NCBI RefSeq assembly: GCF_009914755.1
Contig: NC_060930.1
Length of the DNA stretch: 64,000 nucleotides
Origin: the human T2T-CHM13v2.0 reference genome, Homo sapiens
Strand: one strand, 5' to 3'
The position numbers and the translations under genes were made by a program. The notes beneath the pieces are model-generated. The model was given only the letters and a program-made list of their open reading frames with translations, had not been told where the DNA came from and ran no database searches. Below are positions 26,997-40,200 of the stretch, in pieces (positions within the stretch are counted from its first letter, which is position 1; each line of letters opens with the position of its first letter).

Positions 26997-28399
26997 TAAC
27001 GAAATAGAAATAATGGACAAATAAACAATCTTTCTTCTTCTTGGGGCTCCATTTGCTCAACAAATACAGGTGGACTCAAGTCAGTATACATGCATAGGCA
27101 AGTTTTTCTTCAAATAATATATCAACTGGTTATATCTAAAAGGGTATTCCAAAGGGTTTTGAGCCCTTGAGATTGCTCTGAAGTAATTTTATGTATCTCT
27201 AAGGTACCAGTGTTTATTCTCGTAAACTGTTCTGTAACTGCAGCACAAGTTTGGCTGTATTGGATTTGATTTCCTAAAAACAATGATCACCTGACAAACA
27301 CGCTTGTTGCAGTGTGCCACCAGTACTCCCCTAGGCCAGAAAGACACGTTGGGTCCTGTCTCATCTCTCTGCAAAGGAGCTCTGGACAGGCTATACCTAA
27401 ATTAACACAGGCAGACATATATTCTCTGTTTTAGTGTAGCATTATGAATTATATGGTGTTTGAAGGCAACCCGGCCTTTTCAGTGACCCCTCCTCCTGCC
27501 ACACTGGTAGTGTGTTGGCAAAATGTCTGTCCTTAGGGAGTCCTCAAAGACTCCTTCCTTCTCTTCCCTCTGCCCTCTGCCTCTGCTCCCCTGGCTAGTC
27601 TGTGCCCACAGGTCTTGGCTGTGGCACACTCCCCTTCTGCAGGCATTGCTTCCCTTATTCCACCCTCTGTTTGGGTCTCCAAAGTGTGATATTTGTCTTG
27701 AGAAACACTTTGCCCCACTATGTCATTCCCCTTTCCTTACTCTCCAAGCAGCTGGGTCACTGGTGCTCAGGACTCAAACTGGCTGGGAATGTGAGAAAAG
27801 CTCCTTTTCCCTCCTGGCCTCCTACTTGAGACTAAAGCAAAATGCTGAGGGTTGAGGAAGGGAGAGCGAGTGCTCGCTGAGAAAGGAAGAAATGAGTGTT
27901 TAGACTTCAGCCACTCCCTGATAAAGGGGAACGATCTTCTGCCTCCTGGGAAAAACTTTGATGAGACAGCAAACTTGAGAAAAGTTTGTGGGAAGGAGCA
28001 GTGAGAACCGCAGGTTACGAAGGGGCCAGGTGGGCAGGACTGAAGGATAACTCCCTGGTAACCGGCGTGGATCGATGACTATGGGGCCAAAGAGTGGGCA
28101 TGCCTGGGTGTGTCTGAGCAGAAACTGCATTGAGGACAAGATCCCCTGCCCACCAGCACAGGCTCTGGCTCTGTGGGAGCTATGCCAAACTTAGCCCCAG
28201 TTCAAGGGAAGGAGAGGGAGGAGAGGGAGGAGAGGGAGGAGAGGGATCCAAAGTGAACTGAACTTGAATTTGCATCACCCTAGTGGAATATGAGCTTAAA
28301 ATTAACAATTATATTGTTAAAGAAAATATGAACTACATGTCTTAAAAACTTTGGCTCTGGACTTAGATTTCTACGCACCATGTCCGCAGCATAACACTG

Positions 28400-28550
28400 C
28401 CCATTCTTTATTGTAATTGTCTGTTTATTAATTTGTCTTCTGTACTATAAATTCCTTGAGGAAGGGAACTGTGCTTTCCAGTAAACACCCAGTACTGGTG
28501 CAGCACCTGGCTTATAGTCAGCACCATCGAATCCTCAGGAAATGACACAG
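28400..28550 (+). mobile_element. L2 fragment
   Basis: ACTATAAATTCCTTGAGGAAGGGAACTGTG...AGCACCTGGCTTATAGT resembles the L2 3' end. Confidence 0.5.
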
Positions 28551-29308
28551 TTGGCGAACCTAGATGTCTACCATGTCCAACAGTGTCCAATAGGATGCTG
28601 GCCAAGTGATGAGCCACCTATGGCATGAAATGCTATAGAACCACTTACAAATTGTGCAGTATACAAGTATTTCATGGCATGGGGAAATGGTTGTTACTTT
28701 GTAAAGTAAAAAGAAACAGGTTTCAAAACAATGTGATATCTTTTTAAAATTTCATGGAGCTCATACATAGAATTTTTTAAAAAGAACATTCAACAGTGTA
28801 AATTATACCCCTGAGATGTGGGGTCATGGAAATTTTTTATTTTCTTGTGTGCTTTTTTGTACTTTTCAAAGTTTCTCCTGAGACCACATATTTTGTTACT
28901 AGAAAGGGAGAAAAGCACAAATGTAATCTTTCTAAGTTGATACGTCCCTTTATATTTTTTGGTGGGCTTCCAGTTTCTCAAGCTGCCTTGTGGGGTCCCC
29001 AGAGCTCTGGGGGTGGGACCAGCTCTGAGGTGAAGGGACCAGGGGCTCAGGGTCTCAGGGCCCATCTCCCAGTCCTGCCTCCATTAATTTCTTTTCCTAC
29101 CATTTCCCCTTGATATGCTTTCCCCCACCTCATCTTTCCCAAGATGCTTCTTTGTCCTCTGAGCTATGACACTGAGGATGAACGCTCTCTCAGCTTTCTG
29201 GCTGCAGCTGCCTCCATGCAGGGACCCCCAGCCTGTGAACTTCCCTCTGGCACCCCCACTCCCCCATGTGGAAACTCCCTCGGCCACCCGTTCTCATCCC
29301 CAACCCAA

Positions 29309-29659
29309 GCGGGACCTCCCTCCCCCACCAGCACCCCCATGCGGGACCTCTCTCCCCCACCAGCACCCCCATGTGGGACCTCCAACCCCCACCAGCAACC
29401 CATGCGGGACCTCCATCCCCCACCAGCACCCCCATGCGGGACCTCCCTCCCCCACCAGCACCCCCATGCGGGACCTCCATCCCCCACCAGCACCCCCATG
29501 CGGGACCTCCCTCCCCCACCAGCACCCCCATGCGGGACCTCCCTCCCCCACCAGCACCCCCATGCGGGACCTCCATCCCCCACCAGCACCCCCATGCGGG
29601 ACCTCCCTCCCCCACCAGCACCCCCATGCGGGACCTCCCTCCCCCACCAGCACCCCAAT
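29309..29659. repeat. 32-bp C-rich minisatellite, 11 conserved copies with degenerate flanks (~29220-29870)
   Basis: Unit GCGGGACCTCC(C/A)TCCCCCACCAGCACCCCCAT. Confidence 0.95.
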
Positions 29660-30014
29660 GTGTGACCTCCATCCCCCACTAGCACCCCAATATGGGATTT
29701 CCCTTCCCTCCCCCACTAGCACCCCCAACTCAGGACCTCCCTTCCCCCCTCCCACCCCCATGTGGGGATCTCCCTCCATCCCTAGCACCCCCATTGTGGG
29801 ATCTCCTTTCCTCACCTCCAACCCCCATGTGAGAACCTCCCTCTCACTCTCACCCCCATTCTGGGACCCTCCTGAATCTCTGCCCTTCCTCAGTCATCAC
29901 AGTCTCTGTACAGCTAGGGACTGACTCTTTGCCTTTGGCCCTGCTGTTTCCCCTCACGCTAATGTCAGCATTTGGGGTTGCCTGGAAACAGGAAGGATAA
30001 GAACATTGATTCTT

Positions 30015-30705
30015 CTTTTTTATTTGTGGAAAATATGCATAACATAAAATTTACCATCTTAACCATGTTTAGGTATACAGTTCAGTGGCATTAAGTAATT
30101 CACATTGCTGTGCAGCCATATCCAGCATCTGTCTGCAGGACTTTCTCATCTTCCCAAATTGAAACCCTGTCTCCATCCCACACTATCTCCCCATTCCCTG
30201 GCCCCTTTGCCCCCAGCCCCCACCATTCTACTTTCTATCTCTATGAAACTGACTACTCTGGATACCTTGTATGCGTGGAATCCTGCAGTATTTGTCCTTC
30301 TGTGTCTGGCTTATTTCACTGAGCTTGATGTCCTCCAGGTTCGTTCATGTTGCAGCACGTGTCAGAATTTCCTTTCTTTCTAAGGCTAAATCATATTCCA
30401 TTGCATGGGTGGACCATATTTTGTTCATTTATCTGTCCTGAACACTTGAGTTGCTTCCGTGTTTTAGCTACTGTGAATAACGCTGTTGTGGACATGGGTG
30501 GACAAATGGGTCTTCAAGACCCTGCTTTCAATTCTTTCATGTGTATACCCAGAAGTGGAACTGCTGGAGCGATGAAAATTCTATAATTAATATTTTAAAG
30601 GTACCACTGTACTGTTTACCACAGTGGCTGCATCATTTTACATTCCCACCAGCAATGCACAAGGATTCCAGTTTCCCCACATCCTCACCAACACTTGTTA
30701 TTTTC
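30015..30705 (-). mobile_element. L1M (L1MB-like) 3' end fragment
   Basis: AACATAAAATTTACCATCTTAACC...TACAGTTCAGTGGCATTAAG...TTTTACATTCCCACCAGCAATG. Confidence 0.85.
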
Positions 30706-30879
30706 TGAAGAACATTGATTTTTTTAAAAAGGATTCATTCCACAAACATCTTCTGAAGACTCCCCATGTTCCTGACCCTCCCTGCTTTCCAGGGATAGCC
30801 AGCTGTAATCGCACAGCTTCTGTGTGGGTGCAGGAGGCCAGCAAGCACTGAGACAGACGCTACGGGCAGGGCATTTCCG

Positions 30880-31600
30880 AGAAGGAAATATTTTCATTCT
30901 CCATTTTTAAGGTGAGAAACTGAGGCCCAGGAGTGTAAAGCCAGTACCCTAATATACAACTACTAAAAGAGGAAGCCAGGATTCAAATCCAGGCCTTTGT
31001 GGTTTCATAGCCTTATCTCTTAATTCTGATGCCAGCCTGCCTTCCCTTCCACCATTGACGTACCAAGAGTCAGAGAGGTGGCACGGTGTACCTGTGTCCA
31101 CACCACTGGTGAGCAGCCCTCCAGCATCACACCCAGACTTTCTAAGATGCTTGGTATCCCACAGATGGGAGCCAATTTCTTTAGGTGGGGAAAGAGAATG
31201 GGAGCAGAGAGAACAGCCTGTTCCACAAAGAAAGGAGAAGAACCAAGAGTTTGGGATTAAGCATAAAGGTCTAATTAACATTTATTAGGTGCTAAGTGCA
31301 CTGCCATGTGTCAACTCCTGTAATCCTTGAAGTAATCCTGGGAGACAGGCATTTCATTTCTCACCTTACAGATGGGGGCACAGAGCACAGGGAGGATCTT
31401 GAGAGGGTCCCATGGTCAGCAAGTGTTGGTGAAAGGATATCATCCTGGCTGGTCCTACCCAGGTGCTCCATCTTCATCCTATAAAACTCTCTGTGCTTTA
31501 GTTTCTTCTATGAAACAGGACACGTATTTCATAGGGTAGTTGTCGGGATTAGTGATAAAGTGCTAAGAGTAATAGCTGGGGCACAGTTAATCCTATGTAA
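30880..31600. mobile_element. Cluster of MIR fragments
   Basis: MIR core-like CCATTTTTAAGGTGAGAAACTGAGGC (~30900) and CTTACAGATGGGGGCACAGAG (~31365). Confidence 0.55.
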
Positions 31601-31612
31601 ATATTGGCGAAT

Positions 31613-31988
31613 TGTCTTAGTCTGTTGCCTGTTGCTATAATGGAATACCATAGAGTGGGTAATTTACAAAGAAAAGTATGTATTATTATGATTCTGGAGG
31701 CTGGGAAGTCCAAGAGCATGGCACTGGTACCTGGTAAGGACCTCCTTGCTGCATCATAACGTCGCATGGCTGAGGGTGTCGCATGGCCAGAGGGCATGGG
31801 CACGCCAGCTCAGGTTTCTCTTCCTCTCCTTAGGAAGCCACCAGTCCCATCATGGGGGCCGCACCCTCATGACCTTATCTAATCCTCATTACCTCCCAAA
31901 GGCCCTACCTCCAAATATCATCAGCAAATCAATGTGGGGGTTAAGTTTTCAACACATGAAATTTGGGGGACACATTTAAAGCACAGCA
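31613..31988 (-). mobile_element. MaLR LTR (MST/MLT1A-like)
   Basis: TGTCTTAGTCTGTT...TTCTGGAGGCTGGGAAGTCCAAGA...CCCTCATGACCTTATCTAATCCT...GGGGGACACATTTAAAGCACAGCA. Confidence 0.85.
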
Positions 31989-32229
31989 GCTATTACTAAC
32001 TTGGTATTCATTAGAAGCTCCTTTGAGAGTAGGGCAGTACCTTCTTACCTCAGTGTTTCCTAAATTTTAGTCCTATTTACACTGCCTTCAAACTTTTGAT
32101 TATTTATTTAAACATTATTTAATTTAAAAATATGACTATTATGCATTTAGTATCTGTTATCTATTTAAAACATTACTTCTTAAAATACTTTTAAAAGTAT
32201 TGCTATTTTCTTAAAACTGTTGGTTTTAA

Positions 32230-32541
<312 letters not shown>

Positions 32542-33405
32542 TAGCACCATGTTGAGCAATAAAACGTGTAAAAGCCACAAGTTTGATGGGCCAATGATAT
32601 ATCTATTTTCCAACATCTTTTTTAAATAATTAATAAGAATTAAAATGCCTTTAGATGCATCTGAAGTCCTCTGGATTCCGAAACCCGTGGCAGGTGTAGT
32701 ACTACTCCTTAGAGAGACACCAAATTCCCATCTGTTTCCCATGGTGCCTAGCATCTGCTTTTGGGGCCTCATGCTTATCAGATGAACAGAAAATTTAATC
32801 AATTAAGAATTAATTACTTGATTGATTATTGACTTCAGGGGAGATCTTCATTTTTACCCTGTAACTTTAATCAGTAGGTCAAGTTATAGACTGGAAGGAG
32901 GGGTTTCCTCTTTCTCTGACCAACCGTTTTCTCTGATCGGCCATAAATCTCCAACAAGCAAATCTCTCTGAAACCTGGTGACTGGATGCTTTCCTACAAT
33001 TTCACAGCTTTGTTGGAAAATTCTGCCTTCCTTCTGGATAAGGAACATAAAGTCCTTGTCCATGGTCAGTCTCATAGATTGATTTACATTTTTTCCATGT
33101 TGCTGAAACATGACTCTTCTCTGTAAATGATTACATGTTGGAGTCTTTTCCTGGCAAAAAAAAAAAAAAAAAAAAAAGAGCCAAGAAATGCAAACAACTG
33201 AAGCTGAGACACTCACTTCAGAGGTGCCTGAACATTTTAGTCATCCCCGTGGCTATGTTTGCTTGGGTGACCTCGCACCGGAGCTTACTCACCACCGTGT
33301 GATTTTGTGACCACATAACTTTTGCTCAATGTTTTAAAGGTTCATGAAACAACCAAGAGGCCTGCTTTCCCTCATGTTCATAAGCAATGGCAAAACAAAA
33401 TTCAG

Positions 33406-33439
<34 letters not shown>

Positions 33440-34640
33440 ACATTTAGGACCCAGGTCATGATACAAAACATTGAACTTTAAAAGATGTTTAGGTTGAAAA
33501 TTTTAAAAATAGATTTTAACCGTCTAAAGGAGAGAATAAGCAGAATGAGAGATGGAGTGACGTCCCCTCTCAGCGTGAGCTGCCTGGCCACATGCAGCCA
33601 ACCTGGACCTGGCCGGCTGGTCACTTTGTTCTTAGTCTCCTCTGTGCTGGGAGGCTGTCCCTCCCCTTCTACCTGGTTCCTTCCACCTGGAATCAGGCGC
33701 TAGTTCATGTCTCCCCTCACCAGTGACCACAGCCAGAAGAGGAAGGTGAGTGGAGGGGCCATGGGGCTTCCATGGGCTTGTGGCCTGCCTGCCTGGACGG
33801 AGTCCCTGCTCTCCCACTGCTCTGTTCAAGACACTCTGGGTGAGGAGCAGGGAGCCCTTGTGCCTCTTACTCTTGATCCCAGACTTTCTTCAGCCTCCAA
33901 AGAGAGACCATGTGTGGCACAGGATGCCACCTCCTCTGTAGGATGGAGGCAGGGAGCCCTCACAAAGTCCCTTTGGAGCGCAGAAGAAAAACTCAGCTAT
34001 GGAACAAGGTAGAGAATGGAAGCACGTTAGTGCTAGCAGAGTCTGCCTGAGACCTGGGTAGGTCCCCAACATTTGGGACGGCTGTTTTTGTCCTGGAGTT
34101 TGAAGGAGAAACCCCTGAAAGATGGGTGTGGCCGCGGGGAAAGAGGTGGGGTGTGGGCGGAGGGGGCCTCAGGGCAAGGCTTGGGGTGCGGCGGGGGCTG
34201 CAGAGGCTCCCAGTGCCGTGAGACGCGTGGCCGCGGGGCCCGTGCTGGCTGGGACCACCTCCAGGAGCCCGTGGGTGCCCGGGAAGAGGGCAGGAGGTGC
34301 TGGGCCCTGCTGGGGAAGAGGATCGGTAAGGACTTGCAGGTGACTTTGCTCGCCTGTCCTGAACAGGGCACAGGGAAGGCTTCCCAGGGCCGTCTCCTTG
34401 TGGCCTGGCTCCTGCGGGCCCCGAGCCAGCCCTTCCCGGCCAGCCCAGCACAACAGCCCCGCCAGTCCGAACCAATGGAGAACTGCTTCGCGATGGGAAG
34501 CCGACACCAGCAGCGAAAGCACAACTTCCGGCCAGGGGAAAAGCACACCTCCAACCATGCGGCGCTAGGCCTCGGCTCTCCAGTCCGCAAGGTCCTTTCC
34601 AGGCCGCCGCGGGCGCTGCTGAGCTCTGGACCGGACTGTC

Positions 34641-35286
34641 CCGCCCTCCCCGCCGAGGAAGCCCCCCGCCGGGCCTTCCCGCCCTCCCCGCCGACGGAGC
34701 CCCCCGCGGGGCCTTCCCGCCCTCCCCGCCGACGGAGCCCCCCGCCGGGCCTTCCCGCCCTCCCCGCCGACGGAGCCCCCCGCCGGGCCTTCCCGCCCTC
34801 CCCGCCGACGGAGCCCCCCGCCGGGCCTTCCCGCCCTCCCCGCCGACGGAGCCCCCCGCCGGGCCTTCCCGCCCTCCCCGCCGACGGAGCCCCCCGCCGG
34901 GCCTTCCCGCCCTCCCCGCCGACGGAGCCCCCCGCGGGGCCTTCCCGCCCTCCCCGCCGACGGAGCCCCCCGCGGGGCCTTCCCGCCCTCCCCGCCGACG
35001 GAGCCCCCCGCCGGGCCTTCCCGCCCTCCCCGCCGACGGAGCCCCCCGCCGGGCCTTCCCGCCCTCCCCGCCGACGGAGCCCCCCGCCGGGCCTTCCCGC
35101 CCTCCCCGCCGACGGAGCCCCCCGCCGGGCCTTCCCGCCCTCCCCGCCGACGGAGCCCCCCGCCGGGCCTTCCCGCCCTCCCCGCCGACGGTGCCTCCCG
35201 CCGGGCCTTCCCGCCCTCCCCGCCGACGGAGCCCCCCGCCGGGCCTTCCCGCCCTCCCCGCCGACGGAGCCTCCCGCTGGGCCTTC
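34641..35286. repeat. 38-bp CpG-rich minisatellite, 17 copies
   Basis: Unit CCGCCCTCCCCGCCGACGGAGCCCCCCGCCGGGCCTTC; 17 x 38 = 646 bp. Confidence 0.97.
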
Positions 35287-35669
35287 CTTTCTGCGTTACC
35301 CTTCCCGTGCTGGGCCTGGCGCCTGGGTGTCAGGGCCTCCTCCTGGGACAGAGGAAGGGGCCAGGCTCCCTCTGCAGACAGCTCTGGGGCCTACTCCGCG
35401 TTTCCAACCAGCACCGCAGGAAACCTGCGCACCCAAAGGCGAAAAGCGGGCACAGCAGGGCAGAAGGGAGCCGTGGCCAGGGAGGAGGAATGCAGAGACC
35501 TGCAGAAGAACCAAAGCTAGCTGCAGAGAAACTGGAGCAGGGATCTGGGGGTCCCAAGGCAGCGGTCCTGGGCAGAACCCCGCTGAGGCTTGTTAGGAAA
35601 CAAGTGAAACTGTCAAAACCTGAGACTCCCTGGTGTGCCTCCGCCAGGCAGCTCCAGAGCTCCAAGTAT

Positions 35670-37257
35670 TGTGTCTGGAATTTGAGTTCCTGCTCTCACT
35701 GACTTCAAGAATGAAGCCACAGGCCCTCACGGTGAGTGTTACAGTTCTTAACGTCAGCATGTCCAGAGTCTGTTGCTTCTGATGTATCGGATGCATTCGG
35801 TTTCTTCCTTGTGGTGGGTTTGTGGTCTCACTGGCTCAAGAGTGAAGCTGCAGACCTTTAGTGCGAGTGTTGCAACTCTTAAAGCTGCACTTCAGGAGTT
35901 GTTCGATCCCTCTCAGTAGGGTTATTGTCTCATTGGCTTCAGAAATGAAGCTGCAGACCTTCAAGATAAGTGTTACAGTTAATAAAACCAGTGTGGACCC
36001 ATAAGAGTGAGCAGTAAGCAAGATTTATTGCAAAGAGAAAAAGAACAAAGGTTCCACAATGCAGAACGTGACCCGAAGGAGTTGTCGCCGCTGACTCAGG
36101 CAGCCTGCTTTTATTCTCTTATCTGGCCCCACCCACATCCTGCTGATTGGTAGAGCTGAATGGTCTGTTTTGACAGGGCGCTGATTGGTGCGTTTACAAC
36201 CCCCAAGCTAGACATAAAAGTTCTCCAAGGCCCCACCAGAGCAGCTAGATACAGAGTGCCGATTGGTGTATTTACAATCCCTGAGCTAGACGTAAAGGTT
36301 CTCCAAGGCCCCACCAGATTAGCTAGATACGGTGTCCACACAAAGGTTCTCTAAGGCCCCACCAGAGTAACTAGATACAGAGTGTCGATTGGTGCATTCA
36401 CAAACCCCGAGCTAGACACAGGGTGCTGACTGATGTGTTTACAAACCTTGAGCTAGATACAGAGTGTCGATTGGTGCATTCACAAACCCTGAGCTAGACA
36501 CAGGGTGCGGACTGGTGTGTTTACAAACCTTGAGCTAGATACAGAGTGCCGATTGGTGTGTTTACAATCCCTTAGCTAGACATAAAGGTTCTCCACGTCC
36601 CCACTAGACTCAGGAGCCCAGCTGGCTTCACCCAGTGGATCCCGCACCGGGGCTGCAGGCGGAGCTGCTTGCCAATCCCGCGCTGTGAGCCGGCACTCCT
36701 CAGCCCCTGGGTGGTCGATGGGACTGGGCGCCGTGGAGCACGGGGCGGCGCTCATCGGGGAAGCTCGGGCCGCACTGGAGCCCACGGAGAGGGTGGGAGA
36801 CTCAGGCATGGCGGGCTGCAGATCCCGAGCCCTGTCCCGTGGGAAGGCAGCTAAGGCCCGGCGAGAAATCGAGTGCAGCGCCGGTGGTTTGTCACTGCTG
36901 GGGGACCCAGTACACCCTCCGCAGCCGCTGGCCCGGGTGCTAAGCCCCTCATTGCCCGGGGCCTGCAGGGCCGGCCTGATGCTCCGAGTGCGGGGCCCGC
37001 CAAGCCCACGCCCACCCGGAACTCGCGCTGGCCCGCAAGCGCCGCGCGCAGCCCGGGTTCCGCTGGCGCCTCTCCCTCCACACCTCCCTGTAAGCTGAGG
37101 GAGCCGGCTCCGGCCTTGACCAGCCCAGAAAGGGGCTCCCACAGTGCAGCGGTGGGCTGAAGGGCTCCTCAAGTGCCGCCAAAGTGGGAGCCCAGGCAGA
37201 GGAGGCGCCGAGAGCGAGTGAGGGCTGTGAGGACTGCCAGTATGCTGTCACGTCTCA
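35670..37257 (-). mobile_element. Solo LTR12 (HERV9 LTR; LTR12C-like)
   Basis: Minus strand starts TGAGACGTGACAGC and ends TTCCAGACACA. Tandem CCAAT/GATA enhancer repeats. Flanks GTAT/GTGT form an imperfect 4-bp TSD. Confidence 0.95.
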
Positions 37258-40200
37258 GTGTCACGCAGACTACTTGCAGGCAGGAGAAAAAGAGGCTGCA
37301 CAGCACGGCTTCCTGCCAGTCAAAGGCCTAGGAGCAGCCCTGGGCTCTGCACTCTGTGTGCGGATGCAAAGGCACAGGGGGAGGAATCTGGCCAAATGCA
37401 AGCGCCCCTCACTGGGCATCTCTGCCTCCTGCCCTGCTTCTGCCAAGGCAGGCCTGGGGTGGGGGGGCCAGGCCCCAGGGGCCAGAGCCAAGTGTCTGCT
37501 TCTCTGCTGTTTTTCAACAGAGCCACCATAAAAAATACATAAACTTCTAATGAATTATATTAGCAACAAAGGTAATCCATACTCCAACTACTCATTACTT
37601 CCTGATTTCTCAACTGCATTTACTAGCATCTCTTCTTTAGAGGCGGTTTGTGTGTATTGCCTCTGTGGGGTGAAGGGTGTGCTGAAGTGCAGACTTTTCC
37701 AGCCCTGCGTTCAGAGGCATCAGGCTGGGAGCTTGAAGCTGGTGGGAGTATTTACACCACAGGGATGGGCAGAGACTGCACATCAAGGCTTGCTCCACCC
37801 CCTCCTCCATGCGGCTTGCAAGCCATGCATCAGCACACCCTGGGTGGGTTTGATTTGCTCTTCTGCTCCCCATTCCTTCCACCTTTGGTCTTAGCAGCTT
37901 GGGGCTACTAGGGTGAGAAAGAAGGACAGCAGAGATGGAGAGGAACTGAGGTCTCTCCCTCTCTGGTAATATCATAATACAGCTTTTTCTTGGACAACTC
38001 TGGCTGGCAGAGGTATCCAAAGGCTGGCTCTCGTGAATGAGTCCTAGGTGAGGCAGGGGGAAAGTCCCCCAGGAGCGTGGTTTGTAGGGATGGAAGGAGA
38101 GCTCTTGGAAGTCCCATCCCTGCAGGCCCTGCCCAAGGCACTTTTCCGGGGGTGGGCCAGCTCAGGCAGGCCAGGCCACTTCTGTTGGGTCCACTCTTGC
38201 CTCCCCGCACCGGGGCTGCCCCACATCTGTCTGTGTCTGCCTTTCCCTCTCTCCAGGCATCTTTCCCCACTTCTCAGACATTGGGGCCAGGGAGATGAGA
38301 GTGCGTGCCTCTTGGGTGCAGCTGTCTGCAGGCTCTGTGTGTGTGTCTTGGAGCGCCCCTCCTTTGACTGTGGCAGGGAAAGAGCAGCCCACCACACTGG
38401 CCTTGGGAGGTGGGAAACCCACTGGGTTCTCTCCAGCCACGGACACTCCTTGCTGTGAGGGTGTCCGAGCCTCCCTGCTTCCCCCTCCCTGCACCAGGCA
38501 TCTGCCTGGCCAAACCAAGAGACGCAGTGCTGACACTGGATCTGAGGAGTCTCATGCCATCATCTTCAGATTTCTTTCAAAACAGGCTTCTCCTTGCCTC
38601 TTTGCCTTGATTACGCATGGCAGGCGATTCTTGAGCAACAGCCATGGCTCTGCCATCCCAGCGCACCACATTTGAAGAAGGAGCAGCTGAGGGTTGGAGT
38701 GCAGGCGTGTTTGCTTCCATGAGGACTGCCTCTGCCTCCCGGGACAGTGGGGTGGAAAGAGCTGCATTTGTCCCAGTTGGAGAGGGGTGGCAGGACAGAG
38801 TCTCGGCTAGTGTGTGCAGGGTTTCCTCTGCAGAACCAGGATGCCCTGCTACAGGCTTAGCCAAGAAAAAAACAGGAAGCCCCTCCCACACTGCCCAACA
38901 CACAGAAGGCGCTCAATAAACGGCAGCCATATTCAGCATGGGAGAAGGAGCACCAACGCACAGGGACGTGGCCACACATGTGCAGCTGCTCTCAGTGGGG
39001 AAGATGCCCAGCGGGCTCATGTGCATGTCTCTGCCCCCATCTTGGGGCAAGAGTTGTTTTTTAGGGACCACTTTGCTGCATAGCCAGGGTAAATGCCCAC
39101 TGCCCTCATGCCCATGAATCACGAGTCCCTGGAAGCTGTGGGAGGTGAAAGCACCTTACTGCAGGCCCTGCAGGCCTGACAGGAGAGGGCCCAAGGAGAC
39201 CTCAGTTGTCCAGACATGGCACCCGTGGAATCTCTAATGGGTCCAAGCAGCAGCACAGTCTCGAGCCCTCTACCTGCCGAGACACCTGCTGCACTGGTTA
39301 GGAAGTGGCTCGATGGGAGGCAGCGGCACGGCAGCCCTTCAAACATGCGTCCCCGCTCTCCTGCTCCTGCTGACCCTTCTTTTCTTGAAACCCAACATTT
39401 TCACTTCCTCAGGGGCAGGGAGGCGTGAATAAATAAAAATAAAATCTGAAAAAGTAAAAGGTAGCCCAAGCGGTAGTCTGCGTCCCCGTATCCCTTGGCC
39501 CTCTGCCAATATCCCACAGTTCCACTGGACCATCTCTACTGAGTTCGGGTGTCTCATCTCTTCATTATTTCTCTCATGCATGTTGCCCAGGCTTGAGAAG
39601 GATTTCTTTAATACCAGAGAAGTCATGTGGAAATGAGACCCCAGTCGAGTGGTATAACTGTGGGAGTGACGACCGTCTCCGGTCCTGTCCTTCATCCCAA
39701 GATGAGCAGACTCCATTGAGTGAGTCGTGGCACTGCAGGAGAGAAGCAAGCGCCGCCTTCACTCCTGTGTCCTGCTCCTAAAATGTTGAACATCAAACAG
39801 AATTCTCCAGGCGCTAACTGAGCAGAGCACACAGGGAGGCAACCACCTTGCTTTTTCTAGAGACTGGCTTCCACCAAGGCAGCTGAAAAAATGGGCAGAG
39901 TACTGTATAAACAGAGGGTGCCTGCTCTGGAAGCTGTGAGGCTGGAACCCGAAGGGAAATGTTGCAATGGGTACAATTGTTACCCTGCATGTTTATGCCA
40001 ATGATGTTATTGTCTTCATTTAGTCATCTTAAATTCAACCGTTAAGTCATTATTAGTAATTCTAATTTCTTGTTTAATTTCCATGCAAGGTACGACTTCC
40101 CTGTAAAATGCACAGATAGAGGCAGTGTTCTATATTTAGTGAGAGAGATATTATCTACAAATTACAGGGAAACAATTACATCAAGGTCCTCCATTGATGA

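Noticed and set aside
29144-29924. Pro-rich and Gly-rich ORFs in all six frames
   Set aside because: Artefacts of the 32-bp minisatellite.
34073-35596. 507-aa Pro/Arg-rich ORF
   Set aside because: Starts at TTG. Its length comes from the stop-free 38-bp repeat (38-aa periodicity = three units), and it has no recognisable domain. An ATG at 34475 exists but nothing supports translation.
36576-37251. ORFs shared among the three LTR12 copies (also 45954-46670 and 60339-60987)
   Set aside because: GC-rich U3 sequence of LTR12; the similarity reflects the repeat family.
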